Part shown: positions 19,156-30,187 of the stretch, piece by piece
Layout of the letters: each line of letters begins with the position of its first letter
How positions within the stretch are numbered: position 1 is the stretch's first letter
Virus record (IMG/VR): IMGVR_UViG_3300042934_000547
Location: 124,001 to 188,000 of that record
Strand: one strand, 5' to 3'
Length of the DNA: 64,000 bases
The notes under the pieces: generated by a model
Database searches by the model: none
What the model was told of the DNA's origin: nothing
What the model saw: the letters and a program-made list of their open reading frames with translations, nothing else
Translations under genes and position numbers: made by a program

Positions 19156-21915
19156 ATGTATGAACCAGTTTTATGGTATGATTTTAGTGAATTGATACAA
19201 GGTACCATTAGTATTACCGATAAATCGAATAATGGACATAATGGAAGTATTTCTGGAAATTATGCAGTAGGTGATGGGTTTATTATACCTAATCAAGATA
19301 TGGTAATTTCCCATGATAATTTTCTATTCAATACTATAAATCAACCATGGTCGATAAGTCTTCATTGTCTGATTAATACTCTTCCTAATGATAAACCGAT
19401 ACTCGATATATTTGACGGGATTTATTTATCATTACTTGACCGTGGAGTAATTAATATAAATAAATTTTTCTTTGCCGAATTTGCATACATTAATTCCAAA
19501 ATCATCACACTTTGTTATGATGGGGTTGCAAGTTTCAAAATATTCGTTGATGGGTTCAAATTACCTATTAATATAAATGACTCTGAAATTAATCTAAATG
19601 GATTAATTATAAATCCATCGGTTAAATTGATGAATTTGGGTTCTGGAAATTTGTTTTCATATAAATTATATGATTCATATCTTCCAGATTACATAATCGT
19701 CGGAGAGCATAAAGGAATAATCGTTCAGAATAACTTTGTTGAACCAACTGAACTTGGTACTGAAAAGTTATTTCTAAGTGATGAATTAAAAGGGATGATT
19801 GATAATATCAAATCATCCTTTAATGATACCTATATATCAAGACACAATGCTCAGTATCTACCTAAACTTGCAACTACGTTTATTAGATTGGGAGATGAGT
19901 TTAAATATGAAGGTAAAAAATATAAAACAACTAAACCTTACCTATATACAGTAGAAAATACAGCTCTATTCAAAAAAGAGGATAAGATATCTAAATTTAG
20001 GAAAACACACCAAGAATTATTAAATCTTGGTGTTAAATTAGCTGATATACTCGTTATCAGTGATGGTGAAATATTTCCTATGAGTAATGCTAATCTTATA
20101 TTTACATACGATGGTAAATATCTCTATGTAGAATCAGATATCAAAATGGATCAATGGTTATTGTTTTATAATAAAAACTTTTCTTTAAGCAATATCATTG
20201 AGCCTAATAGCATAAAGGTAGGTAGTAAATATCTTGTACTCAATGACATCACAGTTAGAGAAATACATAGTGATGTGTATATGATGGAAAAATATGATAA
20301 TATAGAGGAAAATAGTTTCTATTATCTTAATCCAACAACTGGTATATTTGAATATGCTAAACCTGAAAAGTTTCAAAGTGGTATAAATGTATTTTTCAAG
20401 TTCTTTAAAGTTGGCGATACAATATTATTATTAACACCAAAATATCCTGAAGTATCTAACGTCAACAAGAAATTTGATTTACTTAACATTCCACAAATCA
20501 GATTACCTAATATGAATTACATCAATTCTGATGGAACTAAAATCAATATACCATTATCAGAATTAGACAAATCCAAACGAGAATTATGGTTTATACATCA
20601 TATTCTTAAATCCAATTTAAGATTATTGGAAGATTATCAATTAGAAGATGTCAATGTGAAGTATTCTCGTGTATCTGGAAATAGAATAAAGACCTTAGCT
20701 AAAAACAATAAATATACATTTATTCCACCTATTGTTAAAGATAAGAAAAGCTACGTCTTAGTATTTAGAAATGGATTGTATGATACGTCGATTATTAAAG
20801 ATAAGAATAAATTTATCATAGATACAACAACAGTTAACTTATCTGACAATTTCGATATAATGACATTTGAATATCTTGATACAAGACGGACATCGATTAT
20901 TTATGATCATTCAATTGGTATTAATAAGACGTTATTAGACGGTAAGATAAGAATATTTGCTAGAAGTGATAGAACTGGTGTCTATAATAGAACCTTAGAT
21001 TATCATCTATTCGAGATATTCTATGATGATAGTAATGTTGATAAAATATTCTTATCACCATTGTATGATGGCGATGAAATAATAATTACGACTGATAGAT
21101 ACTTTAATCATCATCAATTCACTATTGATAGTAATGACAGTTGTGTACTAACATGGAACTCCGACGAACATCTTGGACATAAATTGAAAACGTTGTTATT
21201 TATAAATGGAGTATGGATACCTCACTCACAATATGAAATAACCAATCCAACCGATTACAATTTAACAACCAGATCATACTTAACAATTTATGGATTTCCT
21301 AAGAGCACTACTGGAATTTTCAAAATAGATTTATTTTGTACTCCCGTATCATTTATTCCATTAGTAGAAAATGAAACACTAGATGTGAATAATTTACTAT
21401 ATACAAGGAGTTCATTATTCACTCTACCATTTAATATTCAAAAAAATATCATATTTGCTGATGGTAAAATTATATCTGAAGAGTTAGTAACTCATATATC
21501 GTCTGATATAATTCATATAGATAATAATGATACTAATAATCTCTTTATGATTGGTATAGATTATGATAGAGATGAATTCATAACTAATCTGTCTGAAATC
21601 ATCGATAATATATGGGATACAACTGTAAGAACTTATTCCGAAAATGATATAATGACAATATTCAATCTTAAATATAAACCTGATATTAATAAGGAAGGTA
21701 TATTATACAAACTGAATAAACGCTTAGTTGATTTAGCTAACGTTTTTAAATTCGGATTAAGAAATATGACTGGAACAATAAATGTTGGGGAAATTCAGCA
21801 GTTACCGGGATTCAATTATGCTAAGACTGCTAAGGGGGAACTCTATCTAGATAGCAATTTAGACTTATATGAGGACCCACAAATACCAAATTATGCAACA
21901 GAAAGTGAGGTGTGA
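19156..21915 (+). CDS. Large virion/baseplate protein with N-terminal LamG/ConA-like domain
   Basis: VLWYDFS...ITDKSNNGHNG...LCYDG..FKIFVDG; repeated L(F)INGxW/Y beta motifs. Confidence 0.65.
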   Translation: MYEPVLWYDFSELIQGTISITDKSNNGHNGSISGNYAVGDGFIIPNQDMVISHDNFLFNTINQPWSISLHCLINTLPNDKPILDIFDGIYLSLLDRGVININKFFFAEFAYINSKIITLCYDGVASFKIFVDGFKLPININDSEINLNGLIINPSVKLMNLGSGNLFSYKLYDSYLPDYIIVGEHKGIIVQNNFVEPTELGTEKLFLSDELKGMIDNIKSSFNDTYISRHNAQYLPKLATTFIRLGDEFKYEGKKYKTTKPYLYTVENTALFKKEDKISKFRKTHQELLNLGVKLADILVISDGEIFPMSNANLIFTYDGKYLYVESDIKMDQWLLFYNKNFSLSNIIEPNSIKVGSKYLVLNDITVREIHSDVYMMEKYDNIEENSFYYLNPTTGIFEYAKPEKFQSGINVFFKFFKVGDTILLLTPKYPEVSNVNKKFDLLNIPQIRLPNMNYINSDGTKINIPLSELDKSKRELWFIHHILKSNLRLLEDYQLEDVNVKYSRVSGNRIKTLAKNNKYTFIPPIVKDKKSYVLVFRNGLYDTSIIKDKNKFIIDTTTVNLSDNFDIMTFEYLDTRRTSIIYDHSIGINKTLLDGKIRIFARSDRTGVYNRTLDYHLFEIFYDDSNVDKIFLSPLYDGDEIIITTDRYFNHHQFTIDSNDSCVLTWNSDEHLGHKLKTLLFINGVWIPHSQYEITNPTDYNLTTRSYLTIYGFPKSTTGIFKIDLFCTPVSFIPLVENETLDVNNLLYTRSSLFTLPFNIQKNIIFADGKIISEELVTHISSDIIHIDNNDTNNLFMIGIDYDRDEFITNLSEIIDNIWDTTVRTYSENDIMTIFNLKYKPDINKEGILYKLNKRLVDLANVFKFGLRNMTGTINVGEIQQLPGFNYAKTAKGELYLDSNLDLYEDPQIPNYATESEV

Positions 21916-21918
21916 TAA

Positions 21919-23142
21919 ATGTTTAATAAATTATTACAGATGATAATACCCAATCCTTCAACAAGATTAGTTTTTAATGATTTAGCATATAGTGTTGAAA
22001 ATATAAACAAAGCAAAACCGGGTGAACGTTTAATTGACTATGAAAATGGTCATATCTATATAAAGAAACTTGACGGTATTGGAATAGTTTGTAAGACACT
22101 TGAAATGGAAACTAGAGTGGGAATGATCGATGTTGATGCTGAAGGTAATCTCACATATAAAGACCATATTGTATGGCACGCAGGAATCTTCAACCCAGAT
22201 GATTATTTAAAACGTTCTGGTAATGTGATGACTGGTGCTATTGAATTTGTACCAGAAAGTGATGTCGATTTTACATTTATGAAATTAACATCTGCTATCG
22301 GAGACAGTTGGAAATTTGATTATCTGGATACTGCTAAAGGTAATTCAATAAAAATAACATCAATAGATACAAATAAATCTCTCGAATTGAGTCACAATGG
22401 TATATTGAGTGCTGATGAACTAAAAACTAATCTATCTAAGGTTTGGTTTGGTTCTAATAGATTTGAATACAATTATACTGATAATTTGATGGAATTGTTT
22501 ATTGGTGATAGTAATACTGGTAAGGTTCGATACGCTAAAGAAAGTGAAATTTTACATGCTGATACTGTAATATTATCCCCATCTGGAGATAATAAATTGA
22601 ATGTTGGTGTGAAGAATACTCTTAATAAAATTTTTATTGGTCATACACCAATTTCTGGATACAATAATCCATCTATATATAGTTTTGGCGATGGAACGGT
22701 ATTCAGAGATATAGAAGCTGGAAATGTAAAGTCATACGGTAATATCAATATCGTTGGTCTAGGTAATCACATGTTTTTACCTAATAATTCCTTTATCAAA
22801 GGTTCATTAAATGATGGTAGTATGTCGATATCATTGATTGGAATGAATATAGATAATAAGGTGACAATTAGTGATTCAGAGGCTGAAATATTTTTTAATA
22901 GCAACATGTTGTCATTACCAGTAGCAGGGGTTACTTCTCTATCGAAGAATACGACAAATATCGAAATTAGTGATAATGATACTCTTGTAGATATTAAAAA
23001 CAATGACGTCAGTATGGCTAAATTTAATAAAACAGGTATTATGGATGTTTTATCTGGTATTAATTTTAACGGTATTCTTATTAAGAAAAATACCAGTGAA
23101 AATACTTTGGATATTATATTCCAACCAATACCTATAAATTGA
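21919..23142 (+). CDS. Tail fibre / receptor-binding-like protein
   Basis: VWHAGIFNP..YLKRSGNVMTG tail-fibre motif; beta/Gly-rich. Confidence 0.65.
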   Translation: MFNKLLQMIIPNPSTRLVFNDLAYSVENINKAKPGERLIDYENGHIYIKKLDGIGIVCKTLEMETRVGMIDVDAEGNLTYKDHIVWHAGIFNPDDYLKRSGNVMTGAIEFVPESDVDFTFMKLTSAIGDSWKFDYLDTAKGNSIKITSIDTNKSLELSHNGILSADELKTNLSKVWFGSNRFEYNYTDNLMELFIGDSNTGKVRYAKESEILHADTVILSPSGDNKLNVGVKNTLNKIFIGHTPISGYNNPSIYSFGDGTVFRDIEAGNVKSYGNINIVGLGNHMFLPNNSFIKGSLNDGSMSISLIGMNIDNKVTISDSEAEIFFNSNMLSLPVAGVTSLSKNTTNIEISDNDTLVDIKNNDVSMAKFNKTGIMDVLSGINFNGILIKKNTSENTLDIIFQPIPIN

Positions 23143-23164
23143 TAAGGAGAGATTTCTCCTTATC
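23141..23164 (+). terminator. Intrinsic terminator
   Basis: GATAAGGAGA-gatt-TCTCCTTATC followed by a T-run. Confidence 0.75.
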
Positions 23165-23186
23165 ATTTTTTTAGGAGGAAATAAAT

Positions 23187-23921
23187 ATGAATACGCAACT
23201 AAGAAATGGGTTAGTATGTTGGTATGATTTTGTTCGAGATCGTACTGGACGTAGTGATATATATGATTTCAGCGGTAATGGACATGATTTAATCATTGAA
23301 AATCCACAGAATGTTGTATGGCTTGGTAATGATAATATAGTAATCACTGATGATGGTGCGTTATCTTCTGAATTTAATATACCGCTAACTGCTATGTCTA
23401 CGTTCACAATAAGTTATAGGGTTTATTCAGATGCGAACCCTTATGATGTTTTTGGTATACAGATAAAGGGGATAGATGATGAAGTCGTATCTACATTCAA
23501 TTATATGAAAATTAGCGAAATGCATTATGTTGCATTTTCATTTGACCTATCCACCGAAACAGGTAAAGCTTATTTAAATGGCTCTTTGAAGAGGACGTAC
23601 GCAGTACCTCAGAGTGTGTATGTTGGTAAAACACTATCGAAATTACTAATTGCAGGGGGACCATCACCCACTCAAATCACATATGGTGATATAAGAATAT
23701 ATGACAGACAATTATCAGATGAAGAAATATATAATTTAGTTTATAGAAAAAGTTTTATTGATGAGAGTGGTCGGGTTTATTCTAAATCATTTAATACTGA
23801 CCAAGTTATTACACCAAAAATAAAAGAAACTGGTTTGGATTATCCTATTTTCGATGGAACCAAATTAGGTGTAAATCTCTCTGAAACAACACTGGGGTGT
23901 AATGATATCGAGGGCATATAA
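23187..23921 (+). CDS. LamG/ConA-like domain protein
   Basis: GLVCWYDF, DFSGNGHD, HYVAFSFD, AYLNG, DIRIYDRQLSDEEI. Confidence 0.8.
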   Translation: MNTQLRNGLVCWYDFVRDRTGRSDIYDFSGNGHDLIIENPQNVVWLGNDNIVITDDGALSSEFNIPLTAMSTFTISYRVYSDANPYDVFGIQIKGIDDEVVSTFNYMKISEMHYVAFSFDLSTETGKAYLNGSLKRTYAVPQSVYVGKTLSKLLIAGGPSPTQITYGDIRIYDRQLSDEEIYNLVYRKSFIDESGRVYSKSFNTDQVITPKIKETGLDYPIFDGTKLGVNLSETTLGCNDIEGI

Positions 23922-23928
23922 AGTATTA

Positions 23929-23940
23929 AACACAATTATA
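23929..23940 (+). promoter_or_regulatory. Late-type promoter AACA-N6-TA
   Basis: AACACAATTATA upstream of the RBS of 23965. Confidence 0.6.
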
Positions 23941-23964
23941 ATCTAAGGAAAGGAGAATGATTGA

Positions 23965-24300
23965 ATGACTAATGAAATCATTTCGGCACTATTCCAAGCT
24001 ATAATGACAGGACTTGTTGGACTAGTAATAGCTTGGGTAATAAAAAGACCGATGGATAAATATCTAGCTAAAAGGGATCAAAAAGATATAGCGTTCTCTA
24101 AATATATAGCTACCTATTATTCATCCATTCTCAATAAAGTAGATACCTTGGGTGAGATTGTTATAATACAAGCATGTGCCACCAGTTGTGATAATGCAGA
24201 GATTATGAAATTGGTATCTGAATACAAACAACTGGACAAAGAATTTAGAGAAGATACTGCTAAAAAGATGGCAAGTTTTTCTCAGTTTGACTATAATTAA
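23965..24300 (+). CDS. Membrane protein, holin-like candidate
   Basis: Single N-terminal TM helix; own late-type promoter and terminator. Confidence 0.5.
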   Translation: MTNEIISALFQAIMTGLVGLVIAWVIKRPMDKYLAKRDQKDIAFSKYIATYYSSILNKVDTLGEIVIIQACATSCDNAEIMKLVSEYKQLDKEFREDTAKKMASFSQFDYN

Positions 24301-24317
24301 AACAAAAATAAAATATT

Positions 24318-24341
24318 TGGGTAACTCAATCGAGTTACCCA
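24318..24341. terminator. Bidirectional terminator
   Basis: TGGGTAACTC-aatc-GAGTTACCCA between convergent genes. Confidence 0.8.
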
Positions 24342-24352
24342 GTTATTTTTTG

Positions 24353-25624
24353 TTATTTTATTTCTTCAACTTCTACATCTTTAGATATAATCTCAGCAGC
24401 ATCAGTACCTTCCATCGCTGGATCTTGATAACCAGCCATCGATGCATCAAGTTGTAATTTAATTTCTTCTTCAACTATATCTACATTTTTGTAAGTCTGC
24501 TCAAACATTGGCTTGCTTATAAGTGGTTTATTTTTACATAAATCAACAAATAGGAACTCATCATCGGCAAGTTTAGTGTCAATATGATGTGCTATTGAAT
24601 TATATAAACCTCTGTATTCAGCGATTTTATCTAAAGCTGTATTTAATGCTTCAATAGAACTATTTTCGCCGGATTTCATATTATTATAACTGAATTCGAT
24701 TTCATTAACCAAAGTGTACAACTTAGATATATTACTTTCGTCAGTCATTTTTTCATTTATCAATGGCATATAGCTATATATAGTTTTATCCAATTTCTTG
24801 CCATCTTTATATACATCGCCACATCTATCAATTAAAACTGTCTTTGTACTAATAACATTAGCGATAGCCGCATTCATTATGTAATTCAAGCTCACAACCA
24901 TTTCACTTCCATTACTGATTCGATTAAGAACCATTTTGCCTTCATTATATGAAGCTATTGAATAGAGAATATCATTCACATATATGTATTTATTCTCATC
25001 TGGGTTGATTAAATATGGAAGTATTGCACCAACAGCATCATCATATTTAGATAAATCGCTTATCAATATTGAATCATCAACAATACCTTCATACAGTGTA
25101 TTCAAGATATTTAATCTAGGACTCAATGGAGATAATCTCACATATAGTGAAGCGGACTTAAACCTTCTACCACTTCTTATTATAGTTTTTATCTCTTTTT
25201 CAAATAGTGGATAATGTTTGATACATTCATAATCACCTTCGAGTATTGCCGGAATAGCATCAACAATATCAAAAAGAATGATATCTGAACCATCAGGACG
25301 TTTTCTTACATTTATAAGAACAAACTGGCGTGTTATTTCTTTAATAAAAACAGCCTCCTGATTTCTAAATACTGTAATCATATTCAGTGTGTCATGGTGT
25401 TTCGTGAATGTGATTACATCATCCTGTTTTAAGTTCAGCATTGTATCAGACCCAATACTAACCATTAGATTTTTAAATTCATCAGGATTAATTTGAATTA
25501 CTAAAACATCTTTCCCATTGATGTTTTTCTTTTCTAAACCAACCAAACTATTTAGACTTACTATTCCTTCAGTCCTTAATTGATCAAGAATTCTTGTATC
25601 AGCGTTTTGAACTTTGTTATCCAT
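24353..25624 (-). CDS. Hypothetical protein (423 aa)
   Basis: Long ORF, AAGGAG RBS. Confidence 0.65.
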   Translation of the reverse strand: MDNKVQNADTRILDQLRTEGIVSLNSLVGLEKKNINGKDVLVIQINPDEFKNLMVSIGSDTMLNLKQDDVITFTKHHDTLNMITVFRNQEAVFIKEITRQFVLINVRKRPDGSDIILFDIVDAIPAILEGDYECIKHYPLFEKEIKTIIRSGRRFKSASLYVRLSPLSPRLNILNTLYEGIVDDSILISDLSKYDDAVGAILPYLINPDENKYIYVNDILYSIASYNEGKMVLNRISNGSEMVVSLNYIMNAAIANVISTKTVLIDRCGDVYKDGKKLDKTIYSYMPLINEKMTDESNISKLYTLVNEIEFSYNNMKSGENSSIEALNTALDKIAEYRGLYNSIAHHIDTKLADDEFLFVDLCKNKPLISKPMFEQTYKNVDIVEEEIKLQLDASMAGYQDPAMEGTDAAEIISKDVEVEEIK

Positions 25625-25639
25625 TTATAATTCTCCTTT

Positions 25640-25909
25640 TTATACAAATCTCAATTCTTTCATTTTCTTTAATGCTAATTTAGTTTCATATTGATTTAAT
25701 CCAACAGCATTGTTTAATCCACTTTTGTTAACCCCTTTTTCATATGAGTTAATAATATGATTTCCACTATGCTTATGCATTATATCAATAACGTGAACGT
25801 ATCCGTATTCAGATATAATTTTTTCATAACATGCACCAAATTCATTTTCCTTGACTTTGATAAATCCAATTTCCTCAAATTTTTCATCAGTGGTTTTAAA
25901 TATCTTCAT
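25640..25909 (-). CDS. Hypothetical protein
   Basis: AAGGAG RBS; AACA-N6-TA at 25929-25940. Confidence 0.65.
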   Translation of the reverse strand: MKIFKTTDEKFEEIGFIKVKENEFGACYEKIISEYGYVHVIDIMHKHSGNHIINSYEKGVNKSGLNNAVGLNQYETKLALKKMKELRFV

Positions 25910-25984
25910 TTTGACCGCTCCTTTACTTTATTGTATTGTTGTATGGGTGATATTTTTTAACTATAAGATAAGGAGGTGTTATTT

Positions 25985-26314
25985 ATGTCAAAATTCATGA
26001 AGACATTTTTAACAGACGATGATGGAGTGACTGCTATCGATTTCCTTACAGCGGTGATATTTTTTCTATATGTAATAGCAAAAGTATTTCATATCATAGT
26101 TATATTCAATTATAGACAAGATTTGGTATTTATTGATTTAATTGACGATGTACTATTAGATATCACTGTATTTATGGAAATGATAATTAAATTCTATTTC
26201 GCAATAAAGGGTACCTCTATAGTAGCCAGCTATTTCCTAACAAAGAAAACTGGCAAACCGCAAATCATAACCTATGATAATGCTACAAACAAAAATGAAG
26301 GAGGAAATATTTAA
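25985..26314 (+). CDS. Two-TM membrane protein, holin-like candidate
   Basis: Two hydrophobic segments; GGAGG RBS; AACT-N6-TA at 25959-25970. Confidence 0.55.
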   Translation: MSKFMKTFLTDDDGVTAIDFLTAVIFFLYVIAKVFHIIVIFNYRQDLVFIDLIDDVLLDITVFMEMIIKFYFAIKGTSIVASYFLTKKTGKPQIITYDNATNKNEGGNI

Positions 26315-26748
26315 TGAATAATGAGCAAGTAATTATGATGATTCTTTTTGGAATCATATTGGTAGCTAGTATGGTGGTTACCGTGATGAAAACGAACAAA
26401 TCCAACCAAACGAAGGAAAGTAAAATTCAGTCTATTATAGTTGAATTCTCCGAAACTATTATTCGCTTAGCTAAATCTGTAATCGATTCTTTAGAAATCG
26501 ATCCAGAAGACTATGCTTCAGACCAATTATATAAGAGGGCTCTTGCAGAATTAGTGGCTCGGGATTTTAGAATATTCTTAGAAGATACTTTACCAAAAGA
26601 GGAATATGAATCTATACTCAATCTTCTAGATGAAACCACACTTATTAATATGATAACCCTAATTTTAAATTTACAGGTACCTACGCAGACGGAAGTCAAA
26701 CAGGAAATTCCTCCAGATTCAACAAAAGAAAATGAGGATAGCGAATAA
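26314..26748 (+). CDS. N-terminal TM protein, holin/antiholin-like candidate
   Basis: N-terminal TM followed by an acidic helical domain; coupled to the previous gene. Confidence 0.5.
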   Translation: MNNEQVIMMILFGIILVASMVVTVMKTNKSNQTKESKIQSIIVEFSETIIRLAKSVIDSLEIDPEDYASDQLYKRALAELVARDFRIFLEDTLPKEEYESILNLLDETTLINMITLILNLQVPTQTEVKQEIPPDSTKENEDSE

Positions 26749-26758
26749 TCGCTATCCT
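26735..26758. terminator. Bidirectional terminator
   Basis: AGGATAGCGA-ataa-TCGCTATCCT. Confidence 0.75.
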
Positions 26759-26764
26759 TACTTT

Positions 26765-28012
26765 TTAACTTTTAATTACATCAATGGCATCATGTATATA
26801 TTTACTATTAGCGTAAATGAATATTTCTGATGTATGTGTCGCCGCTATACCGTCAATACTCATTTCATTTGTCACCCAATCTATCATCACTGGTAGATAT
26901 GTACCATTATTATGGAATTTAATATCTATATACATTTCAGGTGGAAATGCTTCTCTATGTTTTAATAATTCAACTATATCTGGTAATTTACCTATTAAAT
27001 CTAGTACAGGTATTCCAGAAATATTTTTAGTTAAATCTTCCTCAAAATACTGATGGCTAGTAAGTATATTCCATCCATTTTCATTTATTTTTGGTACCTG
27101 CACATGATACAATGTGATTACATAATTCATGATTGACTTCAAATATAAATCAGATAATGCCTCGAACTGTGGTAATATTTGAGGGAATTCTGAATGATAC
27201 ATATATGAATGAGGAGCGTTCATATACACTTTAAACATGCAGTCTATATTGAAATTGTCGTTTAATGAGCCTTTTCTTTCTCCATCATCTGGATTTGTTT
27301 TATCAGTCATATCAATTCTAACTTGTACTCCCGGAAATATAAATCCATATGTAGAATAACCAACATGAGTGTTATATTTACAAACGAATTTAAGGAAGGA
27401 ATGTGAATTAAGATATGATAACATAGCTACATCATCTTTAACATGATCTACCCCATGAATATCTTGTTTTAACTCAAATGATAAATCTTTAGCAATTTGT
27501 ACAATGAAATCATTTGATATAGGGTATTCGATATCTTTATATAGAATTATATTGTGTCCCATTCTGAAAGCATTATTAATGTAATTATGATATTCCATTT
27601 GTTGTGAACGGGATTCAACTCTAAAACGCACACCAATATCTGCTTTAATTTCGACGAATCTAGATACACTTAAAAATATATTATTTTCATAATCCCTTAA
27701 TACTGGCTCACCCTCTCCATCAGGTAAATGCATCATATTAATACCAAATGGATTATCAGAAAAAGGATCTCCATCATAATCAAAATCATATTTTGGAGAA
27801 GCCAATAACATTGGTTTATTCTTCTTTAGTATATCTTTAAAGTTAAACTCTCTATACCCAAATAATGGATGTGATTCATTGATTGCTATTGTTGGAAAGA
27901 AATCTTTTGGGAATTTCTCTAATATCGTATCCATGACAACACCAAACATTTGGCTATACGAGTGAAATCTTGAAGCCATTTGTATTGATGAATATAATTG
28001 TTTACTTTCCAA
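26765..28012 (-). CDS. Probable virion structural (neck/tail completion-like) protein
   Basis: 415 aa, TTG start, late-type promoter at 28071-28082. Confidence 0.5.
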   Translation of the reverse strand: MESKQLYSSIQMASRFHSYSQMFGVVMDTILEKFPKDFFPTIAINESHPLFGYREFNFKDILKKNKPMLLASPKYDFDYDGDPFSDNPFGINMMHLPDGEGEPVLRDYENNIFLSVSRFVEIKADIGVRFRVESRSQQMEYHNYINNAFRMGHNIILYKDIEYPISNDFIVQIAKDLSFELKQDIHGVDHVKDDVAMLSYLNSHSFLKFVCKYNTHVGYSTYGFIFPGVQVRIDMTDKTNPDDGERKGSLNDNFNIDCMFKVYMNAPHSYMYHSEFPQILPQFEALSDLYLKSIMNYVITLYHVQVPKINENGWNILTSHQYFEEDLTKNISGIPVLDLIGKLPDIVELLKHREAFPPEMYIDIKFHNNGTYLPVMIDWVTNEMSIDGIAATHTSEIFIYANSKYIHDAIDVIKS

Positions 28013-28082
28013 TTTTCATAACCACCTTTCATAATAAAAAAAAAAGAAACAGACATCACATCTGTTTCATTATTAAATTGTT

Positions 28083-28424
28083 TTAATCTATAGGTATGTT
28101 TTTGTTTATACAGGTTTCATAAAGTGATTTAAAATGACTTGAACCGTATTCTTTATTTGCATAAAGAGTCCACAATTTAACATCATCTTTTTCATATTTA
28201 TCTGTACAATCACCTGTTATATCATAAATTCTGCCCGCATAATGATACACAAAATGATTTGATACTGGAATATAACAGACTTCACCAAGAGCAAATCTAT
28301 CATCTAACATCTGTGCAAAATGATAACAATATCCGTTTGAAAAACAATCTTCTATTTCTTTACCAGTACCAAACTTTTTAAAATCACTTATAAATTCTTC
28401 TATAGTAATCTCTCGAAATTTCAT
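28083..28424 (-). CDS. Small protein with Cys-His-Asp (papain/transglutaminase-like) pattern
   Basis: NGYCYHFA...NHF...IYDITG. Confidence 0.55.
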   Translation of the reverse strand: MKFREITIEEFISDFKKFGTGKEIEDCFSNGYCYHFAQMLDDRFALGEVCYIPVSNHFVYHYAGRIYDITGDCTDKYEKDDVKLWTLYANKEYGSSHFKSLYETCINKNIPID

Positions 28425-28428
28425 ATTC

Positions 28429-28596
28429 TTAATCCTCTCTCGGAAAATGTCTTATACTCTCTTGGATTAGGACCCCTATAAAAACACTAAACAACATTCT
28501 CATCCATCCAATATCATAAGCAATTCCTATATGACTTAAAATGATGGATATACATAATAATCCCATAATAATACAATGCGTTACATAACTACTCAT
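28429..28596 (-). CDS. Small two-TM protein (55 aa; not in ORF track)
   Basis: MSSYVTHCIIMGLLCISIILSHIGIAYDIGWMRMLFSVFIGVLIQESIRHFPRED; GAGGTG RBS; fills the operon gap. Confidence 0.7.
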   Translation of the reverse strand: MSSYVTHCIIMGLLCISIILSHIGIAYDIGWMRMLFSVFIGVLIQESIRHFPRED

Positions 28597-28607
28597 ATAC
28601 TTCACCT

Positions 28608-30107
28608 CTATGCATTTACTTTATTATAGAATTCAATTAATGAACGTTTGTATTCTGGATCATATTTATCTCTACCCAAATTGATAAAGTTGTTTAAGTT
28701 AACTAATGTATTCTTTGTTGGTAGGTAGTTAACGTATAACAATCCATCATTTCTGTTTATAATCATAGCTCTTCTTGGATTATAAACTAATAATGCTGTT
28801 TGATAGAACTTGTCGTTGATTATCAACTTAACGTTTAATACGTCACCGTCAAAGTCTGCTTGTAGTGATGGCAATATATCAAGTGGAACACCCATTGTGA
28901 AATTATAGCATATTCCAATAACATGCATTTGAATCATACTACCATATTCCAATGTAGGATTTCTGTTTATCATTACTGGAATTCCAAATGGGTATGAGTT
29001 GATAATACTATTAATGATACTTATCAATTCATAATTCTCTTTAAGTCTTCCAACACTCCATATCATGTAAGCATCATTAATACTGATACTTCTTCTATGT
29101 GCAATTATATTTATAATTTTCTGTTGCAACAAATCACACAATGTATAATATGATAGAGTTATTTGGTCAACCTTAAGTGAAGCATCTGGTTTGATAACAT
29201 TTCTTGCTGTAAAGTTATATTTACCACCATATGCTCTCCTTATCAATCCAGTTTTACCTGACAAAATTTCTTCAATATCTGCATATACGTTCATGAACTC
29301 ATCTTGAAGTTTTTGAAGATATTCAGGTATTGATGTTTTATATAGAGTTAATTTATTCCTGTTTATTCTAGCTGTATACATAGCCATATTATTAAAATTA
29401 CCATTGATATCATAATATTCTAATTGTATACCAGAGGTTTTTAATAATCTTAATAATGTAGTATAAACAGGTATACAGCTTGTAAATATTAAGTCTCTAT
29501 TCTTTATGATTTCTTCATATGCATCCTGTTTACTTTGGGTATTAGCCATTTTCTTATAAAATGTAATTATTTCATCGAATCGATTGATGAATTCATATAT
29601 CCCGATTCTAAAGAATGGTTCTTTATCTGGATCTGGAGTCTCTACCGGAATCTCAATTCCATCTGAGTTAAAGTTTTCATCTAGATTCATCATATTATTA
29701 AATGCTTTTTGACCAATAAAACTTTGTATAGTCTTATACATTATTGGATGAATTACTTTATATCCATGCTGTATTACCAACCATCCCGTATAAGCAAAAT
29801 TATCGTCAACAAATTTAACTTTAGTTTTACATTTCGGGCACAGTATTCCTTCATTACTACGTGAACGTAAATTACCACATTCACATTTGTGTCGATCGCC
29901 ATTTGGACTAATATCATCAACACCTCTACCATATCGACTAGAGAATATTCCATCTGGGTCTTTTAATGCTTTTTTGATACCTTGGGCACCAGTAATTATA
30001 AATCCGTTGTCTGTTTCTAAGTCTCGTTTACATTCTTCTTCAAAATTGATTTTTACCAATCTAGATTGGTATTCAATTTCGTTACTATGTCCGTAATCAT
30101 TATACAT
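28608..30107 (-). CDS. Phage multisubunit RNA polymerase beta-prime, N-terminal catalytic fragment (probably non-virion RNAP)
   Basis: GIFS, Zn finger CECG..CPKC, GKTGLIR, NRNPTL, ADFDGD catalytic loop; TATATTATA at 30188-30196. Confidence 0.92.
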   Translation of the reverse strand: MYNDYGHSNEIEYQSRLVKINFEEECKRDLETDNGFIITGAQGIKKALKDPDGIFSSRYGRGVDDISPNGDRHKCECGNLRSRSNEGILCPKCKTKVKFVDDNFAYTGWLVIQHGYKVIHPIMYKTIQSFIGQKAFNNMMNLDENFNSDGIEIPVETPDPDKEPFFRIGIYEFINRFDEIITFYKKMANTQSKQDAYEEIIKNRDLIFTSCIPVYTTLLRLLKTSGIQLEYYDINGNFNNMAMYTARINRNKLTLYKTSIPEYLQKLQDEFMNVYADIEEILSGKTGLIRRAYGGKYNFTARNVIKPDASLKVDQITLSYYTLCDLLQQKIINIIAHRRSISINDAYMIWSVGRLKENYELISIINSIINSYPFGIPVMINRNPTLEYGSMIQMHVIGICYNFTMGVPLDILPSLQADFDGDVLNVKLIINDKFYQTALLVYNPRRAMIINRNDGLLYVNYLPTKNTLVNLNNFINLGRDKYDPEYKRSLIEFYNKVNA

Positions 30108-30187
30108 CTTGTCTCTTCTCCCTATATTTATATTTTTAAGTCTCTTTACCTTAACATATAGTTTTTACTCTTTTAATTTTCTATTAT

